Shown here one piece after another: positions 12,753-27,512 of a stretch of 64,000 bases of DNA; within the stretch, counting starts at the first letter, position 1; every line of letters starts with the position of its first letter. This DNA is from the human T2T-CHM13v2.0 reference genome, Homo sapiens. Made by a program: the position numbers and the translations under genes. The DNA lies in assembly GCF_009914755.1 (NCBI RefSeq), contig NC_060936.1. The stretch is one strand, 5' to 3'. The notes under the pieces are model-generated. The model was not told the DNA's origin. It made no database searches and was given only the letters and a program-made list of their open reading frames with translations.

Positions 12753-15700
12753 AGTATTTTTTAAAAATAGCCTATGGCTGCTTTTTCCAATTCCTTGACC
12801 CATATTCTCCTTTTAATCTGCTGCAATCAGTGTTTCCCACGAGCACTCAACAAAAACTGCCTCATTCATGTCTCTAATGTCACACATTGTAAGTCCAGTG
12901 GTCAACTCTCAGGCTTCCTACTTAACCGGCTGGCAGCAGTGCTGCAGTTCCAGGTATCACACAGAGACATAACAATGTCTTGTAGGCAAATAGAGCATGC
13001 TTGTTTTTTTTCTTGTATCTATCTACCTTTAAAAACAAGGAGACCTTTCCCAGAAACCTTACACTACATGTCCAGAGTTGGGTCACACATTCACCAACAA
13101 GCCCATCGCTAGCAAGAGTAATGGCATCACTCCCTGTCAACCTTTACGTCTGAGTCATGTGAGGGATAGGTTGATCCTTGAACTAAGCTGAGCTTTGTCA
13201 TGAAAGTAAAGGGCAGAAGAGGAGCTGATTAGTCAACCAACAATGTCTGCGAATTACTCAGGTGAATTGAAATTGAGAATTTTCTCACAAATGAAAAAGT
13301 TATATCCAATATGTCATCCAGCATATATAATAGTTTTTAATGATTATTTTACAGCAACATTAGTAGCTAGTGTTCAAATATATGTATTAAAACAAAAACA
13401 TTTTAAATTTGAAAAACAAAGTACATAAAAGATTATAACAAAATCATCAAAACCAACTTCACTCAATGTCTTTAAGAATATTTTTCTTCTTAATTTTTTT
13501 TAGATTTTGTGAAAGCAATATTGTATTCTATTGAGATAAGAGAGCAAATATGAATAAGTTGCACATAATCTGTAATGTTTAGATATTTAATTAATAACTA
13601 AATCATTTGACAGCAAATATTTTAGATGCTTTTTTCCACTTGTAGTCTGCATTTACTTTACTCTCAGAAAGAAAAAAAAAACCTGCAGCTATTGTAGGAC
13701 CAACTTACACCCAGGCTAATCTAAAATGAAAATAAGTATCTTTCATTCCTTTGTAATTCATTGAGAAAAAGTATCTTAAAAATGAAATAAAATAGCAGTA
13801 TAATATATATTTTGTAAGAATTGGGATATGAAATAATATATAATTTATACTTTGTACATTTAGAGTTATGATATGACTGTATAATATCCAAAGCTAATAT
13901 TTAAAAAAAAAAACTATCTTCATTGCTTAGCTGTAGGGAGGACAGGTAGAACATTTCATATATCTTTACAGTACTTGCACCAAGATTTCCTGTATATTTT
14001 TTCAACTAGACTCACATCAGTCAGTAAGAATTATTTTCAGTACATATTTCTATCTCTAAATATGATTGACATTTTATGGCAGTCAGTGACCTGTCTCTAT
14101 TTTGATCTATGGTCCCACATAGCCCCATTAATCAAAATAGACTAGAGTTAGACTGAAACAGGCCAAGTTCTGGAAGTAGGCCCACCAGCCCAGTCATGCT
14201 ATATATTAGGATGTAGTAAGACGTGAGGTAGGTGTCAGAAGATGCCCAGCCAGGTATGTAAAACAGAATCTAGATGCTTCAGAGGTGGGTCACAGGACAA
14301 GGAAGTAGTTCCTCTAGAGAGATGTGACAGGCTCCCCTTGGGCAGGTAAAGCCAAGCAAGGAGAATTTAGTTCACTTAACTTTCATACTAACCTGACTAT
14401 ATTCTTTATTCTAATAACTGTATTTCTGCAAGTTTTTGAGGCCAACTCCTTACTTTGTATGTTTAGTTATAAAAAAGTACTGCAATGTTACCTATTACCC
14501 ATGACCCTAAAAAACTGGGGCACCAGAGTGTTTAAAGGCTAAGCCCATCTTCTGTTATCAGCAGGAAATGGTTGGCAGTGGAGATAGGAAGCTGTAATAT
14601 GTGGAAGAAGGATGCTTTGTGACAATTTAAATATTATCTCATTTAGAGAGTTTCAAGAGAGCTTACACCACTCCCCACCCAATAATCACTGTAACACTGT
14701 AAATGTAAAAATTTCCATTTTAGTCTTTTGAAATTTTGATGCCATTACCTTTTTCTAACAGATTTTTCCTAGGACTCTTCTTACAACATGCTTATGTAAA
14801 ATTGTGTTTACTAACTAACAGATTGAGGTGACATATAATAGACTGGGAAGTGGAGTTTGTCTCAAAAAGTATATAAAATGAATACAAATATCTCTGAAGT
14901 ACAAATCATAATTTTACTTTCAATTCCTGGAAATAAAATAGAATAGCAATATTATAGTGGATACTCTCCACATAGTGGTAGGTGAAGTAATCCCATTTGA
15001 GATTATATAAGTGACTAATTATATTAATGGCGAAAGTGAGAATGAAAGAACAGTAGCTTTTGCCTCTCATTTACATTAGTAAATATGACTGCAAATATTC
15101 TTACATTATTTATTTCTATCTTAGTCTTTTTGATCACATTTAAGAAATGTACTTATGTCTGTAATAGATTTATGATAATCACATTATCTGGTAGGAAATA
15201 AATGTATTTGCATTAAAAGCAGATCAAAATAGTGATATGAAATGTTAAAGCTTCAATTAGCTTGAGAGGTCATCTATAACTTTGTGCTCCTTTTAAGAAG
15301 AATCTATCTAGTAAAAAAAAGGAATGTATTAAAAAATAATTTTAGTTTTTAAAAACACAATTTCTATCTGTGGTTTGTTTCTTATGCCTTTTAACCTCAT
15401 AATACTTCCAAAGCATCAAAATTTGTCATCTAAGTGTTTCCATGGCTGTAGAAAAAAATCAATAGATGACAGTATTTTCTGTAGGCTGAGAACATAATGC
15501 TTACATTACTGGATCCTTTGCTGAGCTTTGTATTGAAATATCCCTCAAAATTCTTCTCCCTGCATCTGAGCACCCTAGTTGAGCTAGCGTGGTCGGAAAC
15601 TAAGGTACAGCCTGCGAGGGAGACATGAGGATCATATTCAAGAGGTTCATGCTGAACCTGGCAATGCAATACAGATGCTTGTTTTGAGTAATGTTTCTTT

Positions 15701-16957
15701 CAAGGGCCCAAATATGTTCCTAAAATAAAATATATACAGTAATTTCTAAACCGTCAAACAAAATACATTATGTGACTCAGGCTTGAAAAGTTTAGAAAGC
15801 AAGAAGAATATAGTTATGAAATAAAATCCTTAATAGAAAAATGAATGTGACGTGAAGTGTGTCCTATTCTGCTTTTTGTTCTAGGAAAGAGCAAAGGGAA
15901 ATATCTTAACTGCAATATTCTCTCAATGTGAAAAATAATTTCAGTATTTTCTTGGAGATTCGCTTCTTATTTTAATCCTTGAAAGCTTGCATTGTCTGTT
16001 CCTATAAAGGTCAAATATAAGTGGGAGTATTGGGAAATATATACATATAATTTGTGAAAAGTATTGTAACTGAGAAGAAAAAGTAGCATAAGGCACCAAT
16101 GTTATCCAGTTTGGCCTATAAAATTCACTCCAAAATTGTATATCCCCTTTGAGGGTTTGCTCATTCCTTATATATAGGAATAACCCTATATACACACTCA
16201 GTATAACTTTATAGGCATGGCCTCTTCATTATTAGTATGTGACATTCTATAATTTTCAATGAAAATTTTCCTTGCTAGCACCTTTTTCTTTTTTAAAAAA
16301 TACATATTATTAAGATAAAAAAGCTACTTAAAACATATTCTCAGTTTTCTGAAAGCTGACCAACTTTTATCTCAAAAGCATAATATACCTTAAATGAAAG
16401 GATACATTATCAAAAGAAATACTTAAGACTACTCATTTCATTAAAATATGAAAATCTACTAATCTTTACATAGAAATATGTTCATGTGAATTTGTCTTTA
16501 TTGTATTTGAAGGCGCCAAGCAGTACTTTCAGTAATCAAAGCAATTCTGAATGACCATAACTCACCTTACTTCAAAGAGATAAAAAAGCTTCTTTTAAGG
16601 AAGCAAATGAAATTATAAATTAAATTTAGAATTCTGGACGATGACCCTCCATATAATGACACTTCTAGAAGCCACTTTAGAAGCAGACACTAGACAGGCC
16701 AGGGCTGTCTATTTCTACATTGGAAGTACAATTGTGTAACTGGTCTTTATTAATGTAAGCCTGTACCTCTTTGAGATGAGTTCATATTTTAGGAAGTCAT
16801 ATTTAATCACTACTATATTCCCCATTATTAAATGAGACTGATATTTAGTTTCTAAAAAATCTTTCCAATGTGCTGCTTGTAGAATGCAAGTCAGAGAAGG
16901 TTCAAAGGAAAACTCTTAACCCTGAAGACCTGAGATTCTCTTAACGATGTCTTTCAC

Positions 16958-17066
16958 TGAGCAGATCTTTTGATTTTAAGAAAATCCAACTTAATCCTTT
17001 TTTTTTCTTTGATAGATCATGCTTTTGGTGTTGTGTCTAAAAACTTACTGAAGTACCCAAAGTCAG
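16958..17066 (-). mobile_element. Old L1M fragment
   Basis: gatcatgcttttggtgttgtgtctaaaaac resembles antisense L1 ORF2 sequence. Confidence 0.55.
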
Positions 17067-18320
17067 ATCAAGGACAGCTAACACCTATAGTGTATCAAAT
17101 TGTTGCTCCCAACATGACCATCTGAAATTTCTATGCTACCACTGTTGTAAGAAGTGGAAACTCAAGATCCAATCCAGTGCAGATTAGTGGCCTTATGTTT
17201 AAAGTGTATGCATACTTGCAACACAAATTCATTTCTCCTTAAATCTCCTTACATGTATAGCCTTCTCCATTGGTAATAACATTTACATCATCACTAGGCT
17301 TGTCGCATAAATATCGAAGTACTTAGAAGATCTTTATGAACTTTACACTCCCCTAAGCAATATTTATTTTTAGTTTTCTAAATATTTATGAACTTAGACT
17401 TAAAATAAATTGTTTTAAAATAATTCACACTAAAGTCATTATTTATCAAGGATTATAGTGGGAATAGAAATTATCTTACCTTCAAGAAGAGAATCTAGAT
17501 ATATTGATTTCTCTACTTGTCTTTTTAAGCATTTTTATATGCATTGAGAAGAAACAACAAGATCTTCAAAATGGCAGGTGAACTAAATTGCTCCAGTCAG
17601 AAACCCTGTGCAATTGGGAGAGACTCAAGGAATAGCTTATGAAATTGTCCAACTGAGAAGAAAAATAGCGTATGATTTTTATCAGAGATAAGCACAAGGT
17701 CATTTCTTTCAGAAATCAGAAAATCCAGACCTTCCATAAAAAATGAAAGTCTTCAGTAATCAGGATTCAGGATTCATTTCTCATTTTTTCCCTGCTGTGC
17801 TGTTACAACCTGAAGAGCCAGAAAATATCAGGCATCTTCAGTAAAAGTATTAGAAGTGAAGCAGAAAACATTATATTCATTTATGGCTTTTACAGCCTCA
17901 AGAAGGATATGGAACTAGAGACAACCTACAACACACCTTTCAAAATTATTAGCAGAGAGCATCTCTGTGACTACCTCATATTTGTAATCTTAATAATAAT
18001 TGTGGTAGGCACATGGAGTCCTTAGGACATATGCTCATGTTCCTTTCTTTTCTGAATGTACGAGCCCTATAAAACAAATTGCTTGCCTAAGACAATAACT
18101 AGAAAAGTTCATGGCAGGAGCTAAGTCTCAGTTCCTCTCATTCTTCTGATTCTGATCCAGCTATTTCCTATCTGAAATAGGATGGTGGTTATGGAATATG
18201 TCTGAGGTCTATAAACTATTGAATAAAAGTTTCAGCAAATTTCAACCAAGAATGAGGCAGCTCCCTTTGAAACATTTTGGGTTAACTTTTTTATTAAATA
18301 AATTAATTCTTCATACCAGT

Positions 18321-18344
18321 GGTGGGGGCGGGGTGGGGGGGGGG
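18321..18344 (+). repeat. G-rich run, potential G-quadruplex
   Basis: ggtgggggcggggtgggggggggg. Confidence 0.7.
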
Positions 18345-18584
18345 CAGAACTAACTTGAGGATTTTAGTAACCATCTATATGTACAATAAAAATGTACTGA
18401 GTGTCCCAAACAACACAGTGCTAATAGCACCAGAGCCAAAGGAGTGAAAACTTGGCTTTTGGTTTTTAGAAGCTTCATGATTAGTTGAATAGCTTATATA
18501 CATAAGAAACATAAACAAAATTTTGAAGAGATTGGCAAATTCATGAGAGTGTTTTTAAAATTAGCATTTATTCATTGCTGATTA

Positions 18585-18760
18585 TAAGCCAGGTACATTG
18601 CCATCTTTCATGAATTGTCTCAAAATAATTCTGATAATAACCTTTTCAGGTAGATTTTATTATCCCCATTTTATAAAGAGTGATATTGAGCTTTGGAGAG
18701 ATTAAATAATTTGTCCAAAGGCACACTGATAATGTTACTGAAACAAGATTTAAATGACAT
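18585..18760 (-). mobile_element. MIR SINE
   Basis: tattatccccattttataaagag...gagagattaaataatttgtccaaag. Confidence 0.7.
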
Positions 18761-19910
18761 AATGAAACTATTTGTTCAAAAGGAAGCTCGAACAGCACTC
18801 TCATCTTCAAGTTTAGTGTCAGAGAAGACAAAATATTTGGGTGCCATTGTCTTTACCTCTCTCTTAAAAAACAACTGGAGGAGTGAATCATCGCTTAGAT
18901 TGGGCAGAGACATTCCAGTGACCTGTAAGAATATTTGTTCTTTCTAGCCACACAGATGATTATTAATTCATTTGAGGCATATGGCTTTGCACTGTGCTCT
19001 CTAAATGCTGCCGCAGTGGTGGCATGTGAATGATTTTCTTCTCCTCATCCTGCTATGAGGTGTCACTCTTCCCTGCCAGGGAGAATAGACCATGAGGAAT
19101 AACTGCTTCTCAACACGGCTGTTTGTGATAAATTTTAAACCAGTTGTTCAGATCCAATATCCGTGTAATTTATTGATTGATTGTTCTAGATGGTGCTGAG
19201 TGCCAACGCTAGTCACATGTTTAGAAAAAAATCAACAAAAACTGGCTCAGAAAAGAGACTGATTTTCTCAACATCAAGAAGCTCTCCTTTGCATTCAGAC
19301 TCTTGTTCAAAAATCATTAGGCTCCTTTTGTTTTCCAGACAACCCAGGAGAATGATGTACACAGATGAAAGACGTAGCCACCTGTTCTCAAGCATTTGCA
19401 ATCTAGCAGAACAGAAAGTTGTACCAAGAATCATAGCAAGTGTATTAAGTACCATAACCTTTATGGGGAGCTACAGGAACTCAAAAGAGGACCAATAAAA
19501 GCCAGGAGAGATGAGAGGTTTTGGCTTCCTGTTGGAACTAACTATGGCTAGGTCACCAAAGGATCATGCAAATTTTGATAGGACAAGAAAAGTAGAATGA
19601 TGATTCTAGGAAAACCGAAAGCATATGCGGAGGCTCAGGGGCATGAAAGCACAGCTTGTTTGGGGAAGTGGAAAGTAGTTAAGTTTGGCAACACATGGTA
19701 CATTTGGAAAAATGACAGGAGATGCACAGAAAATAATTTTAAATGAAGAACCTGATGTTTGGCTCAGTATTATGGAGGCAAATATCTTTGTTTTGAATTA
19801 AAATGGAGATTCTGTTTCTGATTTTTTTCAAGTATTTTTTTTTCAATGTTCTCAAATTTTCTTTGACTTATAAAGCAGTACAATGTAAAACAATTTCATA
19901 TTTCTTGTAG

Positions 19911-20043
19911 TTTCTGAGGAAGACAAAGGATTTGGACCAATTTTTGAAGAGCAGCCAATCAATACCATTTATCCAGAGGAATCACTGGAAGGAAAAGTCT
20001 CACTCAACTGTAGGGCACGAGCCAGCCCTTTCCCGGTTTACAA
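19911..20043 (+). CDS. CNTN1: Contactin-1 exon 4: Ig1 first half (VSEEDKGFGPIF...NCRARASPFPVYK)
   Basis: ttcttgtag|TTTCTG...TACAA|gtaatg; 133 nt; frame continuous with neighbours. Confidence 0.97.
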
Positions 20044-23000
20044 GTAATGTACCTCGCTTCTCTTTTCAGAGTGGAGTGTCAGAGTAATGATCACAGATCA
20101 GCATCTATGAACTTGTACAGATGTAATATAGTGCTTTCTGCAAATTCCATGGACATTAACAAAAATATTGGCATACAAACTATTAAAAAAGTTGCCTAAT
20201 GCTCAAATAGCAGATTTTCTTAAATATATGCAAATAATTCTCTTACTATTTTTTGCACAGATAATGTTACTGGCATTTGACATTATCCACTTATAAATTG
20301 TATAATGGAAATCATGTTTTTAGGCCCATGAATGGTTACATAAAATTATGCATAATTTAAATATACAGATTTGAGGATAAAATGTTTTTGTTATGTACTG
20401 GCCTGCATAACTCATACCTACAGATATGGATAAATTTTTATATTAAGTACATTTAAAGATCTTGCACAAATAACTGTAGAAAGCACCATATTTTTCAACA
20501 GTCTCATATCTATATTCCACCCAACACAGCAAATTTCTTAAATGTCTCTACCTATAGGAAAATCTATATAAACATACCTCTTACTATTTTTCTGGGTTAC
20601 ATATGTATGCTATCTAAAACAACTTTATAAAAAGCAACAATGAGTTTTCCTGCTTCAGATGGGTCATAAAAGTATACTAACAGTTTCTCATCTGATGCAA
20701 AGAATGAGATGCAAAAATCAACCAAATGCCAGTGGATTTAAATTTCACCTGTGCAATGGTTCCATGAAGACAAAACAAGTGACTGATGGAGAAATTGGGG
20801 GCTCTAGTGTGTTAATGTCACCTGACTTAATTGAAAGTTGTCACTCAACAAAGTTAATTTTAATATTTTTTCCTTGATACAAAAGTAACTTTCTATTATT
20901 ATAAAAAGTTCTTACAAAAGAGAATATCCCTTTCCACCCATTTGATTCTAACAGTACTCAGTTTTTTCCTGCCTTTGGCTATAATCACAAAATTATTCTT
21001 AAGATAAAATTGTGAATTTAGATACAAAATCACCATCCCATTGACATTATTTTTATCGTTTCAATTTCATACATGGAAATATGATATAAGTAGGTATTTT
21101 ATAAATTATAAATAACACATTTGTTCTCAAAATATTTGATGGGCTAGACTTATTTCCACCCTTAAGCCATATATAATGAGAGCCTATTTGTCATTGACAT
21201 GGAATAGTAGAACTAATAGGATCTGTAGAGGAGATCCAATCCAAGAAAATTTTACAGGAGAGGAAGCTGAATCCTGAATAAGTAAATTTGCTTGCTCAAG
21301 AACTAGTAAATCACAGATCCAAGACTGAAACACAGTTTTTATGACTTCCAATGAGGTATGCAATTTTTTCATTATTTATCTATCTGGATAGATTGATAGA
21401 ATCCCAAAAACTCTTTCAGTGACACTTATGCTGTGACACTCTGTTGTTAACAGTCACACAAGGGACCTTAGCAAATCAGTCTCTAGGCTAGAACAGAGGC
21501 AACCAAAAGAAAGGGCTGCTCTCAGATAACATTCTAGAAACATGGAAAAGGCTATGCTTCTCCTTGCTGCCCCCATGCCCCCACCCCACAGGCACAATAA
21601 AAAGCAAAGCTTTGCCAGTAAGTCACCAACTGCCTCTCTCAGGTTGCACCCAGCACTGAAATTCCCACTTTGAGTTTGGCCTGGTTATCCATACACTAAT
21701 AGACAGAACTGGAGAAGACAGATAGATGTTTAATCTTGTTATGAAGACAGTCTGCATTTGACAGGAAAAAAAAAGTGGGGGGAAAGAACAGAAAAAAAAT
21801 CAGCTCATGATGGAAATAGTTTGATGGAAAAGAACATTTAAAGTTTTTAAAATGTACATAATTTCAGGACAAATTATACTAACCTTGGTAATCATCCAAT
21901 TTTTCATTCATATAGTAGTTATATATTTGTAGCATGTTCTGGGACAACGTGCTATTCATAGCAACATCCTGAGAGGTACAACAGGGTACTTTACTTCTGA
22001 CTTATAAGCCTTGAGGCTTTCATTATCTTGCCCCCATCCCCAAAGAAACAAGCATTACAATAAAAAAGTATTAAAAGGGATTGTAGCAATAGTCTATGTT
22101 TCTGAAACTAGACCAGTGAACTTCTTCAAAGACAGAAAAAGGTAATCCTTATATGATGTCACAAGCACAATCAGATCCATGTGGAGGAAGGTAAGATAAT
22201 AAACAAAAATTTGGAACCAATATAATGAGGGAGAAATTACAAAAATTGGAGCTGCCCAACAAAGAAACCCACTGTCTTGACAAGAGCTAAGCAACTTAAC
22301 ACTAGATGGTTCAGGCAGGGACAATATTGCCATCACCTGGGGGAAGAGGAAGGCTTTATTCATTGGATTGTAATTTAGTAAGTTTTAAAAATGCAAAATC
22401 ACAGTTTTCTATACTTGCTTTTAAATTATCTCCTATACTGCGAAAATTGTAACTAATAATGTTCCAGTAACTTTGATTTGACAACAGATATTCTAAAGTC
22501 ATTAGGACTTTTGGGCATGATTATTACTCTAATTAGAAGTGGCCAGGAAAGAGCGATGTGGCCACGAGCCACTACTACTTGAGCGATTTGACCACAGCTC
22601 TAGGCTTATGACTTTCCTGAGGACATGGAACTTTAAAGGATAAACCCTGATAAAGAATGATTATAAAATTATACAGTTGGTTCTCTTAGTTGAGAACTAT
22701 TTTCTACATGCATTCTTTTCATCATCACATCAGAAAGTTAGATCCCTGTTTCCAGTCTATTTATAACACTATCCCTATCAGTTAATGCTCTGATTATCTG
22801 CAGCATGTCTTATATTGTTATGATATTATGTGGTTGGGGAGAAAAAGAATTGTTCCTCTTTTTCACTTTATTAAAAGTAATCTTAGAGTAATGAGAAAAG
22901 ACATAAGTGACCACTAACTCTAGGCTGAGGAAAATCCAGATTTACTTGTATATTTGTGGCTCGGAATAAATTTTTAAAAACCCAACTGACTTTTATCATT

Positions 23001-23520
23001 TTCAAATTGTGTGACTGACCTCTAGTGGTCAGAATATGTCACTTATTGAGCAGAACCCACTGTCAATTAGTTTGTTTTATTGAAAAATTACTTTGAAATT
23101 TAGAGTCAGATATTGATATTTTGTATTTTATTTATGGTAGAACAATGCTTTTAATACTTTATACAGTATATCTGCATATGTATGAATCTAACTGGTGCAT
23201 AGATGGCTATCAATTACATCCCAAGAAATCAATTTATGGAGAAAAACTCAACAAAATATTTGTCACTTGAGATACCTCACAAAAAAAAGACAAAATACGT
23301 CATGTACTTTGATGTTTCCTTGTCTGTACTTGAGCTAAATTACAAATTATGGTCCTAGAGACTCAGAATCATAGAGTACAAAGAAATACCACCTGAATCA
23401 TATTCTTAATTGTCTGACTTCACATGGAGCCGTACCCAAATTATTTTAGAACTGTGTTAGCTCCGTAGAGTTTCTAGGTCTCATGACCTGTGATATGACC
23501 TTTGTGTCTTTTTCTCATAG

Positions 23521-23693
23521 ATGGAGAATGAATAATGGGGACGTTGATCTCACAAGTGATCGATACAGTATGGTAGGAGGAAACCTTGTTATCAACAACC
23601 CTGACAAACAGAAAGATGCTGGAATATACTACTGTTTAGCATCTAATAACTACGGGATGGTCAGAAGCACTGAAGCAACCCTGAGCTTTGGAT
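23521..23693 (+). CDS. CNTN1: Contactin-1 exon 5: Ig1 second half (WRMNNGD...DAGIYYC...LSFG)
   Basis: tctcatag|ATGG...GGAT|gtaagt; 173 nt; DxGxYxC motif; overlaps ORF 23483..23701. Confidence 0.97.
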
Positions 23694-23955
23694 GTAAGTA
23701 AACTGTAACTTTTAAAAAAGGGCAAGCGTGTTTAGGTGAGTTCAGCAAGAAGAACAATCAGGAAAGGATAGTGAGAGGAAGGCATCATAGATGAGGTGGA
23801 TCTTACAAGATGAGTGGACCCTAATTGTGTAATGGAGACAACAAAGCACCACAAGGCATACTATGAATGCACTTGAAACAGTGAAAGATGATGTTGTCAA
23901 ATAAAGGAAGGCCAGCGTCTGAGGATCTTGAATGACTCTTTAAAAGTTAGCATCA

Positions 23956-24345
<390 letters not shown>

Positions 24346-25823
24346 TCACATATTGCAACATAATGTCTGTGACTCTTCAAAGATCAACCCAATATGACAA
24401 TATTGTATTCCCTAATATTTAACTTCTAATAGTAGGAATAAATTTAATTATATTTTAGTTAATTTATTTTAAATTTAAATTACATGAAACATTTCTTTTA
24501 ATTAGGGCTAATAATGAAAAACTGTGCTAAGCTAAAAATTAGAGGTTGTTTTGAAAGAAAATTTTACATTGGGAGATGAGTTGGACCAGGTGATCTCCAG
24601 TATGTGATTTGTCAGCACTTAAATCTTTTGCAAAATGAATTATAGGATGAAAACAATGTTTTAAGAAGTCCTTCATGGTAGGGTTTATCAGGAGGGAATG
24701 AGAAAGGTCCAGGAAGAGAAGTAAGATTAAATTAGTGTGGTGAGAGTGGAAATGTAAATAATATACATTAACCATAAGGAAAGAATTAACAGGTTGCATT
24801 GCACAAAAGGAAAGAAGACTGTACATTTTTTTTCCAAGTTATGTCTAGTCAGAGGGTAGAAACATTCTGTTCTCATTAATAATGGGATGGGAGCAAGAAA
24901 AACCAATTTCAAGGATGGCAGGAAGCATTTAAATGGTTGCTTCACATGCAGAGGTTATTTTGATATTGAGTTATCCAAGTTGAAATGTCAAGTAAGCTAT
25001 TGAGGATAGGGATGGCATTCAAGTAAGACACCAGGCCTAGAGAAGTAGATTTGAAAAGTCCTCTGCAAAAAAGTAACACTTAGCATAGATGAATTTTCAG
25101 AGGTATACACTTTATACTGAGAAAAGTAACAATTCAATGTTATAATTTGGGTGCCGATCACAGGTTAGGAACAGGAAGAGAGGCAGAAAAAAATAGAATG
25201 AGTATCAGTAAAACAAATGAAGAACTGGAAGAATATCAAGGAATCAAGTGAAATGTAAGTTCCAAATACATAGAAAAGAGTAAAGAAAATTAGAACTGAA
25301 ACAAACCCAGAATTTGAGAAGGAGCAAGAGATTGGTTACTTTCACGTTCCCTAATGAGGGTCCTGCCTTTCACCCTTATTCCTTCCCGATATCCAAGCCC
25401 TCCCTCAGGAAGAGAAATACCCTTCAAATGAGTCCATTCCTCTAAGTCATTCCTTCTTACTTACTTTCTTTGGTAGGTCCCTGGTTTGTCTGATTTCATT
25501 GTATTTCCAGATACCCTGACTGAGATTCTCCCTAAGTCTGAAACAAAAGTCTTCAGGATATTTGTGATTTTCAGGGTTGTCAGAATTCTTATGCAGGCTG
25601 CTCCCAATATCCATAGACTTTGAGCTCATAACATAACTTTTTAATAGTCTATACAAAATCTCAGCAATGTAAGAACGAGGAGCTGACTTTACTAGGCTTC
25701 ACCAAACCACTGAGAAGTGCTGTATCTCACGAATGAGTTATTTGCTGAAAGGTAAAATTGATGAATGTCTCTCTTTCTATTGACCAGAGAGTGAATGTTT
25801 CTCTTTTTTTCTTTCGTAATTAG

Positions 25824-25919
25824 ATCTTGATCCTTTCCCACCTGAGGAACGTCCTGAGGTCAGAGTAAAAGAAGGGAAAGGAATGGTGCTTCTCTGTGAC
25901 CCCCCATACCATTTTCCAG
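25824..25919 (+). CDS. CNTN1: Contactin-1 exon 6: Ig2 first half (YLDPFPPEERPEV...CDPPYHFP)
   Basis: taattag|ATCTT...CCAG|gtaaac; 96 nt. Confidence 0.97.
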
Positions 25920-26145
25920 GTAAACTTAATTCCTCTCTGACTATTAGCATCTATGAAACAAAATGGACAAGTTTCCATTTTCTTAGTAATAATGCTACAT
26001 TATTAATAATCATGGCTTATTATTAATTAAATGAGACTGAATATTTGCATACCTTGTAATGTGTCACTAATTGTTGTGGACACTCTCTTTCTTGGCTCAG
26101 TCACCTGGCTCTAGTCCCAAGGATCTCTAATCATTTTAGTTTATA

Positions 26146-26148
<3 letters not shown>

Positions 26149-26197
<49 letters not shown>
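26149..26197. repeat. (AT)n microsatellite, about 24 units
   Basis: Read directly. Confidence 0.95.
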
Positions 26198-26200
<3 letters not shown>

Positions 26201-26758
26201 TTATGTCATCATTAAAGTTCCTATTCCATAGGGAAATTCTGTTAGATTTTCTAGAAAATATTCCTGAAATAGAACAGTACCAAGAAAGGATGTATAATCA
26301 ATCATTTTCTTAACAAGTTAGTATCTATGAAATACTGTGAACTGTATGTAACTAAACCCTAGAAGGGATAAAGACATAATAAATTATTAATCTCCTTAGG
26401 AATACCAATCAGCAAGAATAATCATCTACTTTATAAATGGGGCTAAATTAAGTGTCATCTGTTATGAAATTCAATTTTGAATCTATGTTTTCTGTAATTT
26501 TATATGGCTAAGACAAAAGCCACCAAAGTGCTAATTAAAAGATGAATTCCTCATATACTTTCACCAATTTTCATTTATTTATCAAATATCTCTTTGAAAC
26601 AATATATAAATACCTGTTTTCACAATTTAAAAATCATGTTTCTATTCTTTTAGTTCTAATATTATGCCTTAAATTTGACTTTAAACATCTCCATAGAGAA
26701 TGAAACGTAACAGGCTTTTAAACTCCATACAGGATTTTGTGTGGGATACATCAATCTG

Positions 26759-26947
26759 ATGTGTGTGTATGTACATATACACACACATATATTTCACACA
26801 AAATTATGTTATATATTCCACATGAAATTGTGTGTGTGTGTGTGTATATGTATACACGTATATATACGTATATACGTATATATACATGTATATATATATA
26901 TACGTGTATATATATATATACACGTATATATATATATAGAGAGAGAG
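26759..26947. repeat. Compound TG/CA/TA/TATACG microsatellite
   Basis: Read directly; source of the spurious Y/I-rich ORFs. Confidence 0.9.
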
Positions 26948-27097
26948 TTGTGGTTGTTTACATATCAAATATTTGTGATTTTCTCCACAATAGGAGAAAG
27001 ATGATTGCTTGATAAATACAGGAGGTACATATAAAATTCAAAATTTTCTAACACCCTTTCAATGAGAAAAACCTTTTTCTTAAGGAACTATTGAAAT

Positions 27098-27165
<68 letters not shown>
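27098..27165. repeat. (TA)n/(TG)n microsatellite
   Basis: Read directly. Confidence 0.9.
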
Positions 27166-27166
<1 letters not shown>

Positions 27167-27264
27167 TTTAAAAACCTACCATTTTCATAGTGTTTCCCAC
27201 AAAGTAATGACCAAAACTATCCAGTGACTACATTTGACCATATTCAATACTGGATGGACTTCAC

Positions 27265-27456
27265 TGCATCACTCATTGACTCAGAAAATCTCTTATGAGT
27301 ATTTGTTATACAGCAGGCACAATGTATGCCACAGAAATGCCTCAGTGGAGCAAAACAGGAAAAGCTACCAGCCTTCAGAGGTCTTCCACGGGGAGAGTCA
27401 GACATTAATAAGATAAATGGCTAAAAGACATGCCATGTTAGATATTGCTAAATAAG

Positions 27457-27512
<56 letters not shown>

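Noticed and set aside
19190-19498. 102-aa ORF after a ttctag acceptor-like site, with a ggtgctga REST half-site
   Set aside because: No recognisable domain, weak pyrimidine tract, and the second RE1 half-site is missing.
26737-27012. Y/I/C-rich ORFs
   Set aside because: Microsatellite translation.
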